A stretch of DNA of 64,000 bases from Eledone cirrhosa (lineage: Eukaryota), in contig OZ024740.1 in NCBI GenBank assembly GCA_964016885.1, positions 97,960,001 through 98,024,000 of the forward strand. Direction: 5' to 3'. The translations under genes were made by a program, and so were the position numbers. Positions 40,119 through 52,939 of the stretch are shown piece by piece; position 1 is the first letter of the stretch; each line of letters begins with the position of its first letter. Under the pieces are notes generated by a model. It saw only the letters and a program-made list of their open reading frames with translations. It had not been told where the DNA came from and searched no databases.

Positions 40119-42685
40119 TCATCATCATCATCATCATCATCATCGTTTAATGTCCTTCTTCCACGCTTGCATGGGTTTGGATGGGAGTTTTCCCACTTGA
40201 GGCAAGATTGTTTGTCCTGCTCGTATAGGACTGTCTGGCGGGTTTTCTACAGGTGGTATGCCCTTCCTAACACCAACCACGTCTACCGTGTTACCTACAC
40301 TGCCACATTACAGCGTGGACTGTGTGTTTTTTTTTAGTTGTGACACCCACACTACCTCATTTGTTCCGGACTGGATGTTGTGGTACCAACATAACTTCAT
40401 ATTTAAGGGGATGGTGTGGATGGGGTGGGGGTCGTGGCAATGGGGTGTATTATGTTAGTGGTCCCAACTGACTGTAGGTTTCGCTTTGTTCTTAGGCAAG
40501 GCAGGTCTTCTGTATAACTGTGTAGCGCCAAAGATCTCGGTCCAGTGACATTGTCTTGGAGAGGTGTAAGTGTGTGAGCTCGGAATTTATCAAGTCGTCC
40601 CAGGTTTTTCTGGGTCTGTCTACTCTGTGGTTACTGTCTATTTTTATCGCCCTGCACTTTTTTATACAGCTGTCGTCTTTCATGCGCATCAAGTGACCGT
40701 ACCAACGTAGTCTTCTCTCGAGTAAACAACATCTGATCCCTCTTATTCCCTATTTCTCCCTTAGTTCATTTATGCTTTGCCGTTCACGTATATTACTATT
40801 ACACATCCAGCGGAGCATCCAAGCTTCGTTTCTCTCCAGTCTGCATATATCCTCTGCACACAATGCCCAGATCTCGCTGCCATGTAACATTGCTGTTCGT
40901 ATGCAGGCATCATACAACCTGCCTTTCATTTTTAGAGAGAATCCTTTAGCGGTCAATAGTGGTATAAACTCGCGGAACTTTTTCCATCCCGTTCTGACTC
41001 TAGCTACTGTACTTTCAGAGCACCTTCCCCCACTGCTGATTTTGTCAACGAGGTAACGGAAGCTGTCCACTATTTCTATAGAACCATCTGTGCAATGGAA
41101 TGAGCTTGTATTCAGTGGGCACTTGCTGCTACTTATTGCACCAGAGCACCGGCCACATATAAAATCTATATTCTTAGTTAGCTTTCCTGTGATCCCACTA
41201 CATCTTTTATGCACCCATACTTTGCATTTGGGACATAAAATGGAGTTTCTGCCTACTCCTTTCCTATACACTGAGCATGGCCATTTCCCAGATGGGACCG
41301 GTGCCATATTTTCCTTCCTACAAACTAGAACTTTAATCTTAGACAAGTTAACTTTAAGGCCTTTTGATTTTAGGCCATGCTTCCATGTTTGGAATTTCTT
41401 CTCTAGTTCGTCCATTGATTCAGCTATGAGCGTTAGATCATCTGCATATAGGAGTTCCATGGGCAGACGGTCTTGAACTCATCTGTTATAGCTTGGATGG
41501 CAATAATAAATAATAAATAGTAGGTGGCTAAGGACGGAGCCCTGATGAACACCAACTTTTACGCTAATCTCTTTACTATATTCGTTGTTAATTCTAACCT
41601 TGCTGACTGTTTCTTGTATAGCTCTCACAAGCCATTCGTCAACACCTAGTTTTCTAAGGGCCCACCAGATAATCGAGTGGGGTACTCTGTCAAAGGCTTT
41701 CTCCAAGTCAACAAAAGCTAAGTATAGGGGGTTACTTTTAGCTAGGTACTTCTCCTGTAGTTGTCGTACAATGAAAAGAGCATCTGTTGTACTTTTACCT
41801 GACACAAACCCGAACTGCATTTAGTCTAGATCAATTCGCTCTCTGATTAGTTGCGCTATTACTTTTTCTGTGACCTTCATGACCTGGTCGATTAATTTAA
41901 TGCCTCTATAGTTTCCCCTATCTAGGGCATCACCTTTTCCCTTGTAACAGTTAATGATGATACTGCTGCGCCAGTCCTTCGGAACAAGCCCATTCTGTAT
42001 GACTTGGTTTACTATCTGGGTGACCATAGTGTGTCCCACCGTTCCAGATGCTTTCAGCATTTCAGCAACTATTTCCGAAGGCCCGGCCGCCTTGCCCATC
42101 TTCATGTCTTTGATCGTCTTACTTATTATACTACCATCAACTTGCACTGCTGGTCCCTCTATGGGGTCGATGTGGGGGAGACTGTTTTTTTCCCAATTAT
42201 TCTCCTCATTTAGTAGCCTTTCGTAGTGATACTTCCAAGCTACCTTCTTATCAGCGTCAGTGATGGCAAGTACACCATCATCATTAAGGACACACTTCTC
42301 CCCGACAATATCACTGTTTTCCTTGACACATTGCCTAGCGATCCTGAACACCTCACGTTTTTGACCTCGCGTTGTAGAACATGCTAGAACTTTCTTTCCT
42401 CTGCTTCCCTTCTTGCAAAGTACAATTGGTCCTAGCTTCCCTCCTGGCCACTTGATAGTCATCTCTACTTCCCCCATCCCGCCATGCTTTCCAAGCCTGC
42501 TTTTTGGCCTTGATTGACCCCTCCACCTTACTGTTCCACCACCAAGTTACTCTCCTCCTGCCTATAGGTCTACTCCAGCTACAGGTTTCATCTGTCGCCT
42601 TCAGAAGGTTAGCTTTCAGGAAAACCCACTGTTCCTCTATATTGTACGACTCTAATTGCTCTTCCTTACTATCAAAAGCATCAAG

Positions 42686-42690
<5 letters not shown>
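40119..42690 (-). mobile_element. RTE family A copy, 5'-truncated, disrupted RT
   Basis: ORFs 41821-42477, 41479-41820, 40750-41460 and 40492-40692 are colinear with 46172-49189. (TCA)n tail at 40119-40144. Confidence 0.93.
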
Positions 42691-42751
<61 letters not shown>

Positions 42752-42974
42752 GTATATATATATATATATGTATATATATGTACGTATGTATATTTATGTA
42801 TATATATATGTATGTATATATGTATATATATATATATATATATGTATGAACATACATATATATATACATACATATATATACATATATATATATACGTATA
42901 TATATGTATATATATGTATATATATATATATATATGTATGTATATATATATGTATGTATATATAAATGTATGTT

Positions 42975-43029
<55 letters not shown>

Positions 43030-43032
<3 letters not shown>

Positions 43033-44193
43033 GAAGCAGTCAATAAGGTTAGAATTAACAATGAATATTGTCAAGAATTTAGTGTAAAAGTTGGCGTCTA
43101 TCAAGGCTCAGTCCTTAGCCCCCTCCTATTATTTATTGCTCTTCAGGCTATAACAGAGGAGTTCAAAACCGGCTGCCCATGGTAACTCCTATACGCAGAT
43201 CTAACTCTCATAGCTGAATTAATGGCTGAAATAGAGAAGAAATTCCAAACATGGAAATATGGCCTAGAATCAAAAGGCCATAAAGTTAACTAAAGTTCTA
43301 GTTTGTAGAAAGCAAAATAGGGCACAGGTGCCCTCAGGGAAATGGCCATGCTCAGTGTGTTGGAAAGGAGTAGGTAAAAATTCCATTTTATGTCCCAAAT
43401 GCAAAGTACGGGTACATAAAAGATGTAGTGTGATCACAGGTAAACTATCTAAGAACGTAGAGTTTATATGTGGCCAATGCTCAGGTGCAATAAGTAGCAG
43501 GTGTCCACAGGATACTAGCTCCATCTATTGACCAGATGGTTCTATAGAAATAGTAGACACTTTCCGTTACCTGGGTGACAAAATCAGCAGTGGTGGAGGG
43601 TGTTCTGAAAGTACAGTAGCCAGAGTCAGAACGGGATGGAAAAAGTTCAAAGAGCTTATACCGCTGTTGGCCACAAAAGGTTTTTCTCTAAAAATGAAAG
43701 GCAGATTGTATGATGCCAGTAATACAGAAGACCCGCCTTGCCTATGTACAAAGCGAAACCTACAGTCAGTAGGCACCTCTTAATCAAATATACACCCCAA
43801 TCCACTACTCCTACCCTATTCTCGAACTCCCAGCAACACCACCCTCTCTCTGGTAAAGTTGGTACCACAGCATCCAGTTCAAATAAATGAGATAATGAGA
43901 TCGAGATCATGTAGGTGTCAACACACACAAAAAAAATTAATAAAAAGAAACTACTCACAGTCCACGTTATAATGTGGCCCTGTAGGTAACACGGTAAACA
44001 GTTCCCAGTTCCACACTGTAAATGTGGTTGGTGTTAGGAAGGGCATCCAGCTGTAGAAAGCCTGCCAGATAGTCCTATATGAGTGAGACACGGTCACCCG
44101 ACCAACCTTGCCTCAAGTGGGACAACTCTCGTCTAACCCATGATAGTGTGGAAGATGGACGTTAAACGATGATGATGACGATGATGATGATGA
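43030..44193 (+). mobile_element. RTE family A copy, truncated and internally deleted
   Basis: KVRINNEY...[12 protein letters not shown], the PHD-like finger, the 3' UTR and a (GAT)n tail. Confidence 0.9.
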
Positions 44194-44266
44194 TATATAT
44201 ATATATATATATATAGATATATACATACATATATATATATACATATATATATATACATATATATAC

Positions 44267-44300
<34 letters not shown>

Positions 44301-44321
44301 ATATATATAGGAACCAGTAGG

Positions 44322-44415
44322 ACCCCGACAGCTGAGCTCAAGCCGTTTCGACGGCTAATTCTGGACTAAATGAAAATTTATCCTGGTATTTAAATAGCCG
44401 ATCTTCTCAAGGGGT
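44322..44415 (-). ncRNA. Variant type I hammerhead (U3:A8 core), inverted copy
   Basis: Reverse complement of 45912-46005. Confidence 0.75.
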
Positions 44416-45911
44416 AATTCCATATATGGTCAAAGTGATTGTCAAAAATCAGTAGTAATTCTGTGGTTGCAAATTAGTAGGGGAGATGGTGGCTAAACCT
44501 GCCAGTAGGAGAAAGAGGGGAGGGGGTGGAGTAGACCCAATTAAGCGTTGGTAGTGCCAGCTACAGCTGGGCATGAAGTCAAAGAAGATACAGGGGAGGG
44601 GGAGGGGGAGGAAGTCGGAACGGTAGGTAGAACAATGGGGGGTAGAAATATATAGAAAAGCAAATAAGTGTAAAGAAAAAAGTAAAGGAGGAAACTTTAC
44701 AAATGCTGTTTTCGACGGACCAACTCCTAAACAAGAAAGATGAACTGGTTACTGCATGTAAACATAGATTGCGTAGGACTTACCTCGCCCTCAAACCCCA
44801 TAATGACCCGGGGGGGGGGGGGGGTAGACTAGGGCTATAACACCCCACTTGCCGATTTTGCAATGGGTAACCCCTGCTTGCCAAGGAAGACGTAAGATCT
44901 TCTTTGTATTCTTTTATCGCTTCCTTTATTTCCTCCTCCCTCTCTCCTTTGTCCTTCTACCCCAGCTCTTCTCCTTTGTCGGCGTCTTTTCTCGCCCACC
45001 CGAGGCTGCCCTTTGGCCCCATGTAGCCTTAGTTCCCCCACCACCCCCTCCCCTAGTCTATGATAGATTTGGCGGACTCCGCCCTTTATAGCAGTTGGCT
45101 TAGACCCCGGATACTTGCCCCCTTTTTCCGACCGCTCCCACTATTCTCTGTGCCCTCTATATTTCTTAGTGGCACTTATGCCTTATTTTTTCGTTTCAGT
45201 ATCTCTTGCTTCGCTTTTCTTCTTGGCGGGGGGGATTCTGAATTTATTTCTCCGTATTCTACCTTTATTTCGTACGAACTTTCATGTAGCTTGTCTTAGA
45301 TCTTTTAGAGTTAGCATTAGTATATATTTTTCTCGGGACTCAGAATTACTATCTCGTACAAGTTCACTTTGCTGCACTGGGTCGTTGCTGGCCCGGGATG
45401 GAAATCTTTATTGTGTATTTCGTGGTAGTCTCTTTAGTATTTTGGCCCCTTTTGTTGACCCGTCACCGTATCATTTACGTACTTATACCTCTTAAAAGGG
45501 TCCTTGCCTATTTCTTCCCACCTAGTTCTTTTACTTTTTTCGTTATTTATTTATTTATTTATTTCTTTACTTCTTTCTTTCTTTCTTTATTTTATTCTAG
45601 CCTAACAATAGCCTGACACCTAGGTCGTAGAATTTATTTTACTTTACTTTTTTCGTTACACTTATTTGCTTTTCTATATATTTCTACCCCCATTGTTCTA
45701 CCTATCGTTCCGACTTCCTCCCCCTCCCCCTCCCCTGTATCTTCTTTGACCTCATGCCCAGCTGTAGCTGGCACTACCAACGCTTGATTGGGTCTACTCC
45801 ACCCCTCCCCTCTTTCTCCTACTGGCAGGTCTAGCCACCATCTCCCCTACTAATTTGCAACCACAGAATTACTACTGATTTTTGACAATCACTTTGACCA
45901 TATATGGAATT

Positions 45912-46005
45912 ACCCCTTGAGAAGATCGGCTATTTAAATACCAGGATAAATTTTCATTTAGTCCAGAATTAGCCGTCGAAACGGCTTGAGCTCAGCTGTC
46001 GGGGT
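45912..46005 (+). ncRNA. Variant type I hammerhead ribozyme with UUGAGAA core
   Basis: ACCCC-UUGAGAA-GA(u)CGGCUA...UAGCCGUC-GAAA-CGGC(uugagcuca)GCUG-UC-GGGGU. All three stems form and the cleavage triplet is GUC. Confidence 0.78.
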
Positions 46006-46096
46006 CCTACTGGTTCCTATTACCCACTCTACTACCTCAAGTATTGAGTACTTTGGTGCGTTATGGTCCACCTGGTTCCTTACCACATTTCCTTCG

Positions 46097-46153
<57 letters not shown>

Positions 46154-46171
46154 CATACATATATATATATA

Positions 46172-49100
46172 TAAATGTAGGCACCTTAAAGGGTCGCTCT
46201 AACGAGGTTGTAGAAATGCTTGAACGTAAGGAGGTCGATGTTTGTTGTATTCAAGAGACCAGGTGGAGGGGTGGGTCTGCTAGATTCATTGAGGGTAAAA
46301 CACGATGCTATAAGCTTTTCTGGGTGGGAAATGACGATGGGCTGGGTGGAGTAGGAATCATGGTAGCAGAAAAGTGGGCAGATAAGATAATAGACGTAAA
46401 TAGAGTGAACGACAGAATAATTAAAATAAGATTTGTCCTCAATAGAACTACGGTGACAGTAATATCTGCGTACGCACCCCAATCCGGACTGCCCGGCACT
46501 ATAAAAGACAGATTCTATGAGACGCTGATGCTCACTACCTCCCAAATAACCGACAGTGACTATATAATTATTGCAGGCGACCTAAATGGTCACGTTGGAC
46601 AACATTGTGACGGCTACGACGATAACCATGGAGGCTATGGGTTTGGTACTAGAAATGAGGAAGGCTCCAGAATCCTGGAATTCTGTGACGCAAATAACCT
46701 AACTATCTGCAACACTAACTTCAAAAAACGTGACAATCACCTGATCACCTATAGATCCGGGGAACACACAAGCCAGGTAGATTATATCCTTACCAGAAGA
46801 CGCGACAGAGTGTCTGTTGTAAACACTAAATCCCTCCCCCATGAAGAATGCACCTCCCAACATAGACTGATAATTAGCGACCTCATAGTCAGGACGAGAC
46901 GTACTCGACAGCAGAAGAGGACTATCCTCAGGAGAAAAATATGGAAGCTAAAGGACCCCACAGCCAGAAATAAATTCAAAAGCATATTACTTGATGCTTT
47001 CGACAGTAAGGAAGAGCATTTAGAGTCGGACAATATAGAGGGACAGTGGGAATTCCTGAAGGCAAACCTGCTGATGGCGGCAGACGAAGTCTGTGGCTGG
47101 AGCAGGCCTGTAGGCAGGAGGAGAGTAACATGGTGGTGGAACAGTAAGGTGGAGGGGTCAATTAAGGCCAAAAAGCAGGCTTGGAAAGTATGGCGGGATG
47201 GGGGAAGTAGAGAAGACTATCAAGTGGCCAGGAGGGAAGCTAGGAGACAAGTGTACTTCGCAAGAAGGGAAGCAGAGGAAAGAAAGTTCAAGCATGTTCT
47301 ACAACGCGAGGAACAAAAACGTGAGGTATTCAGGATTGCTAGGCAATGTGTCAAGGAAAACCGTGATATTGTCGGGGAGAAGTGTGTACTTAATGATGAC
47401 GGCGTACTTGCTATCACAGACGCTGATAAGAAGGTAGCTTGGAAGTGTCACTATGAAAGGCTACTAAATGAGGAGAATAAATGGAAGAAAGACAGTCTCC
47501 CTCACATCGACCCAATAGAGGGACCAGCAGTGTTAGTCGAGGGTAGTATAATAAGTAAGGCAATCAAGGATATGAAGACGGGTAAGGCGGCTGGGCATTC
47601 GGAAATAGTTGCTGAGATGCTGAAGGCATCTGGCACGGTGGGACACACCATCGTCACCCGGATAGTTAACCAAGTCGTACAGAATGGGGTTGTTCCGAAG
47701 GACTGGCATAGCAGCATCATCGTTAACTGTTATAAGGGTAAAGGAGATGCCCTAGATAGGAGTAACTATAGAGGCATTAAATTAATCGACCAGGTCATGA
47801 AGGTCACGGAAAAAGTAATAGCGCAACTAATCAGAGAGAGAATTGATCTAGATGAAATGCAGTTCGGGTTTGTGTCAGGCAAAAGTACCACAGACGCTCT
47901 TTTCATTGTACGACAACTACAGGAGAAGTATCTAGCTAAAAGCAAACCCCTCTACTTAGCTTTTGTCGACTTGGAGAAAGCCTTCGACAGAGTCCCCCGT
48001 TCCATTATCTGGTGGGCCCTTAGAAAACTAGGTGTTGATGAATGGCTTGTGAGAGCTATACAAGCCATGTATAAAGAAACAGTCAGCAAGGTTAGAATTA
48101 ACAACGAATATAGTGAAGAGTTTAGCGTAAAAGTTGGCGTTCATCAGGGCTCTGTTCTCAGCCCCCTACTATTTATTATTGCCCTTCAGGCTATAACAGA
48201 GGAGTTCAAGACCGGCTGCCCATGGGAACTCCTATACACAGACGACCTAACACTTATAGCTGAATCAATGGCCGAGCTAGAGAAGAAATTCCAAACATGG
48301 AAGCACGGCCTAGAATCAAAAGGCTTTAAAATTAATCTGGCTAAGACCAAAGTTCTAGTTTGTAGGAAAGAAAATAAGGCGGCGGTCCCTTCCGGGAAGT
48401 GGCCATGCTCAGTGTGTAGGAAAGGCGTAGGTAGAAACTCCATTTTGAGTGCCAAATGCAAAGTATGGGTGCATAAAAGATGTAGTGGGATCACAGGTAA
48501 GCTAACTAAGAACATAGATTTTACATGTGGCCGGTGCTCTGGTGCAATAAGTAGCAGCAAGTGCCCACAATACTAGCTCTTTCAACTGCGCAGAGGGATC
48601 TATAGACATAGTGGACAGCTTCCGTTACCTGGGTGACAAAATCAGCAGTGGGGGAGGGTGCTCTGCAAGTACAGTAGCTAGAGTCAGAACGGGATGGAAA
48701 AAGTTCAGAGAGCTTATACCACTATTAGCCGCTAAAGGGTTCTCCCTAAAAACGAAAGGCAGGTTGTATGATGCTTGCATACGAACTGCAATGTTGCATG
48801 GCAGTGAGACCTGGGCATTGTGTGCAGAGGATATACGCAGACTAGAGAGGAACGAAGCTTGCATGCTCCGCTGGATGTGTAATAGTAATATACGTGAACG
48901 GCAAAGCATAAACGAACTAAAGAAAAAATTAGAAATAAGAGGGATCGGATGTTGCTTGCTCGAGAGAAGGCTACGTTGGTATGGACACTTGATGCGCATG
49001 AAAGTCGATAGCTGTATAACAAAGTGCAGGGCAATAAAGATAGACGGTAGCCACGGAATAGGCAGACCTAGAAAAACCTGGGACGAGCTGATAAACTCCG

Positions 49101-49189
49101 ACCTCACACACTTACACCTCTCCAAGACAATGTCACTGGACCGAGACCTTTGGCGGTACTCAGTAATAGAGAAGACCCGCCTTACCTAA
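46172..49189 (+). pseudogene. RTE polyprotein (APE, RT, internal PHD-like finger); one frameshift near 48570
   Basis: Motifs NVGTLKG, IQETRW, SAYAPQ, GDLNGHVG, SQHRLII, NYRGIKL, QFGF, FVDLEKAFD, GVHQGSVLSP and YTDD (YADD in a sister copy). Continues in ORF 48611-49189. Confidence 0.93.
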
Positions 49190-49582
49190 ATACAAAGTAA
49201 AACCTACTACAGTCAGTAGGCATCTCTAACAAAATACACCCCTGTCCCACCACCCCCACCCATCCACACCGCCCCCTGCTATGTAAAGTTATGTTGGTGC
49301 CACACCATTCAGGCCGAAACAAATGAGATCGTGTAGGTGTCACGACAAAAAAACACACAGTCCACGCTGTAATGTGGCCGTGTAGGCAACACGGTAAACA
49401 CCTCCCAGACCCACACTGTAAATGTGGTTGGTGTTAGGAAGGGCATCCAACTGTAGAAAACCTGCCAGACAGTCCTATGCGAGCAAGACAATCACTCTTG
49501 CCTCAAGTGGGAAAACCCCCGTCCAAACCCATGCAAGCGTGGAACACGGACGTTAAACGTTGATGATGATGATGATGATGAT
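46172..49582 (+). mobile_element. Near full-length RTE family A LINE
   Basis: APE + RT ORF, ~390-nt 3' UTR and (GAT)n tail; both ends abut (TA)n. Confidence 0.95.
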
Positions 49583-49989
49583 ATATATGTATATACATAT
49601 ATATATATATATATACATATATACATATACATATATACATATATACATAAATATGTGTGTGTGTATGTCATTGATCATCAATTTGTCTGTTTTCTCTGTA
49701 AGCAGTATGCATGCATATGTGTATATATAGAAAAAAGTATATAGATGTTTACATAGAAGTGAAATTCTGTTTATATTTATGAGATATATGTGAATTTGCT
49801 TGATTGTTTGTGTATGTTCATATGAATATCTGCATAACTTTGTATATATGTCTGTATGTGGACATGAGGAAATGTTATTTGAGGTTAGTTATGAATTTGT
49901 GTGTATTTTTGTATAAGCAGGTATTTCTGATTGTGTTGAAATATTTTCGGAAGAGGGTATGATGATATGCAAATAAAAATGGTGTGCAA

Positions 49990-50014
49990 ATATATATATA
50001 TGTGTGTGTGTTTT

Positions 50015-50076
<62 letters not shown>

Positions 50077-50470
50077 TGTGCATGTGTTTTTGTTTGTTTG
50101 TTTATGTGTGTGTGTTTTTGTGTGTGTTCTTTTGTGTGTGTTTTTGTATGTGTGATTTTGTGTATGTGCCTGTGCGTATGTGTTTGTGTGTTGTGTATGT
50201 GGTGTGTATGTGTGTGTAGGTGTGTGTATGTGTTTGTGTGCATGTATTTATGTTTGTATGTTTATGTGTGTGGGTTTTTGTGTGGATTTTTTGTGTGTGT
50301 GTTTTTGTGTGTGTGATTTTGTGTATGTGTTTGTGTGTTGTGTATGTGTATTGTGTATGTGTTTGTGTGTGAGTGTGTGCATGTGTGTCTGTATCAGTGT
50401 ATGTACATGTTTCTCTGTGTGTGTGTCCACTTATTTATGTGTGTATGTATGTATTCATGTCTATGTTTTT
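49990..50470. repeat. Degenerate (TG)n tract
   Basis: Seen directly. Confidence 0.9.
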
Positions 50471-51588
50471 TAGCGTATGGCTATAAGTGTTATAAAGAGA
50501 ACGAACTTGAAAATTAAATTTAAAACAGATTGCAAACACAACAACATATAAACAAAAACATTGCAAACAGACAAACAAACAACAGAGCATAAAAGAGTTC
50601 ATTTTGAAGTATTTTGAACGAAATATATGTTTAGCTGACTCCTTTATATGCTGAAGTCATTTATTGAGTAAATAAATATCTTCTCAAACATTTTGCTAGT
50701 GGTAGTGTTGCGGGGAAAGAAGAAAAGAATGAAAAAGAAAATAATGAAGAACATAGAAAAGATACAACAACAAAAAATACATATAAAAATCAATACCGTT
50801 TAACTCTTTATAATAATATATAGGTGTAAAATAAGAGAAATTTACCCAATCTAAGAAAAACTGATGCATAAATATAAAAATAAACTATATTTAACCTGGT
50901 ATTCTTAAAGAAATTGGTTAAAATGCACTGTACAAATTTGGCAAATAATACAAAAAGAACGAATGTAAATAATATATAAAAGAAATAAAAACATACAAAT
51001 AAAGAACTCCCCATCTTTTAATGGATATCAATCTGTTTCTATGCGTATGTCAGCTTGCGAGTTTGAACATAATTTTTTTTTTAACATAGTTTCTTTATAT
51101 ATATATATATAATTTTTAAAGTTATATTTTATAATTTTCATTTTTTGGGGTGGTGGGGGTGGCGGGGGGAGTTGGTAATGCTGCTTGTTAGACCTTTTTC
51201 TTCTCATCATTTTTAACATTACAACACATTTCTGAGTGTCAAAGGTGGAATTAATGAGTCTATTTACTTAACTCGGCATGTACAACCTCCATGGCCATCA
51301 AACGATCTGGAAAGTCTGCATAACCCCTGTAATGCATTTAACACCAGTATTTGAGTGTGTTTAGATGTATGTGTGTGCATGTATGTGTGCATGCATATCA
51401 ATCTTTATATATATATATGTATAGTAATAATAATAAATGTCAAGACTAAAATCTAAAGAGGGCTCGATAAGGATAAATATATATCAAATATATAAGAACC
51501 GTAGAGCAAATATTTATTAAAATAACAGATTAAAGTTTAAGCAAAGAATCACTGCTAATAAATATATATATGTATATAAAGTCACATC

Positions 51589-51680
51589 ACCAGTCTGACG
51601 AGCAGATCGATACTGGAGTTGTATCCATAATTCCTATGGGTTACCTTGAACCAATCCTCTGCGAAACGCGCGTAATAGGT
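51589..51680 (+). ncRNA. Hammerhead-like motif with long stem II loop and palindromic stem III
   Basis: accagt-ctgacga-gcaga...tctgc-gaaa-cgcgcg-ta-ataggt. Confidence 0.6.
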
Positions 51681-51784
51681 TAATATACAATAATATTTTT
51701 TTATATGTAAATGAAACTGCCTCACTTTTCTCTATTATATATATATATATGTGTGTGTGTGTACGTGTGTCTGTGTGCAAACTG

Positions 51785-52250
51785 ATAGAGATTTAAAACA
51801 AGCACCCAATGTGGTTATATTTTATATACATGTTACGCGTGTAGTACACAACAAAAAGAAATTTATTTCACATAAAAAATAATAGATATTCTACCTTTAT
51901 ACTTGACAGGTTTCATTTAAAGCAGCTTTTCAAACGTTTTTTTATGTCTAATTTACTAGGGTTTCATTTGTAATATAAGTGTCGCTTATGTTTTTGTTGA
52001 AACAAGGGACATAACTGATTGTATCTTTGTCCCTTATTTCAAGGAAAAGCATAATCCTTGATAATAATATAAGGGAAAAGAACATTATGAATGAAAACCT
52101 TGTATATTAGGTATATAAAAATGTTTAAGAATCTATTTTAATGAAACCGGTCAAGCACAAAACTATTCTTTTGGATGTGAACATTATTTTTTCCTTGTGG
52201 CATGTGTATAAAAGAAAAACACATCAGGTCCTTTTTTCAATATTTGTCTT
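51785..52250. mobile_element. Old foldback/MITE-like palindrome (~450 bp)
   Basis: cttgacaggtttcattt pairs with aatgaaaccggtcaag, and ttatgtttttgttgaaacaagggaca pairs with tgtcccttatttcaaggaaaagcataa. Centre is near 52018. Confidence 0.65.
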
Positions 52251-52302
52251 TTTACCTATATAACATGATTTGCATAGAATTCCTTAATCTTCTAACATTT
52301 TG

Positions 52303-52377
<75 letters not shown>

Positions 52378-52694
52378 ATTGAATAAATAAACAGAGAGGC
52401 AGTACAAATGGTATGGTTTTTAGTTTTACGCTTGAGAGTGGGGGACACTCCTACACGTGCGAGTATGGAAAGTAGACGTTAAAACGATGATGTGTGTGTT
52501 TGTGTGTGTATACAAAAACTAAATGTAGACAACAAACCAAATAATACTGTACAAATAAGGAATATATTAGTTTAACTATCAAAAAATTCCAAAAGTAGGG
52601 AATTTGTGCTAAGTTAGTCATTCAAAGAGATAAAATTAACTCATCCTATGGACTGAGTGCTCTTACCAGTGGATATTTCTACCAAACTTGTACT

Positions 52695-52808
<114 letters not shown>

Positions 52809-52939
52809 CCATAAAGTCAGTCAGGTAGAATATAACAGTGTCACTCCCAACAATTGATGCAACAGTGTAATCATTAATTGTTCCAAGAAAAAAGTTGTTG
52901 CTCTAGAAATGAGCTCCTACAGAGTCATAAAACAGATGA

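Larger units (their letters stand above)
44307..46098 (+). mobile_element. Penelope-like element (family P3): inverted pLTR + truncated ORF end + 3' UTR + pLTR
   Basis: Inverted repeat 44307-44687 / 45642-46020. From 44688 the sequence translates EETLQMLFSTDQLLNKKDELVTACKHR...DPG, homologous to the P2 C-terminus ESYEMLFAKGPLLNK...CMH...PDG. Flanked by (TA)n. Confidence 0.85.

Noticed and set aside
40119-44193. Head-to-head RTE pair as a single twin-primed insertion
   Set aside because: Each copy has its own 3' tail, they overlap in consensus coordinates, and they are clearly diverged, so they are independent insertions.
44835-45616. ORFs in the P3 internal region
   Set aside because: Pyrimidine-rich 3' UTR with no recognisable domain.
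46063-46171. N-terminal extension of the 837-aa ORF
   Set aside because: Read-through from the P3 tail and a (TA)n tract; RTE homology begins at about 46172.
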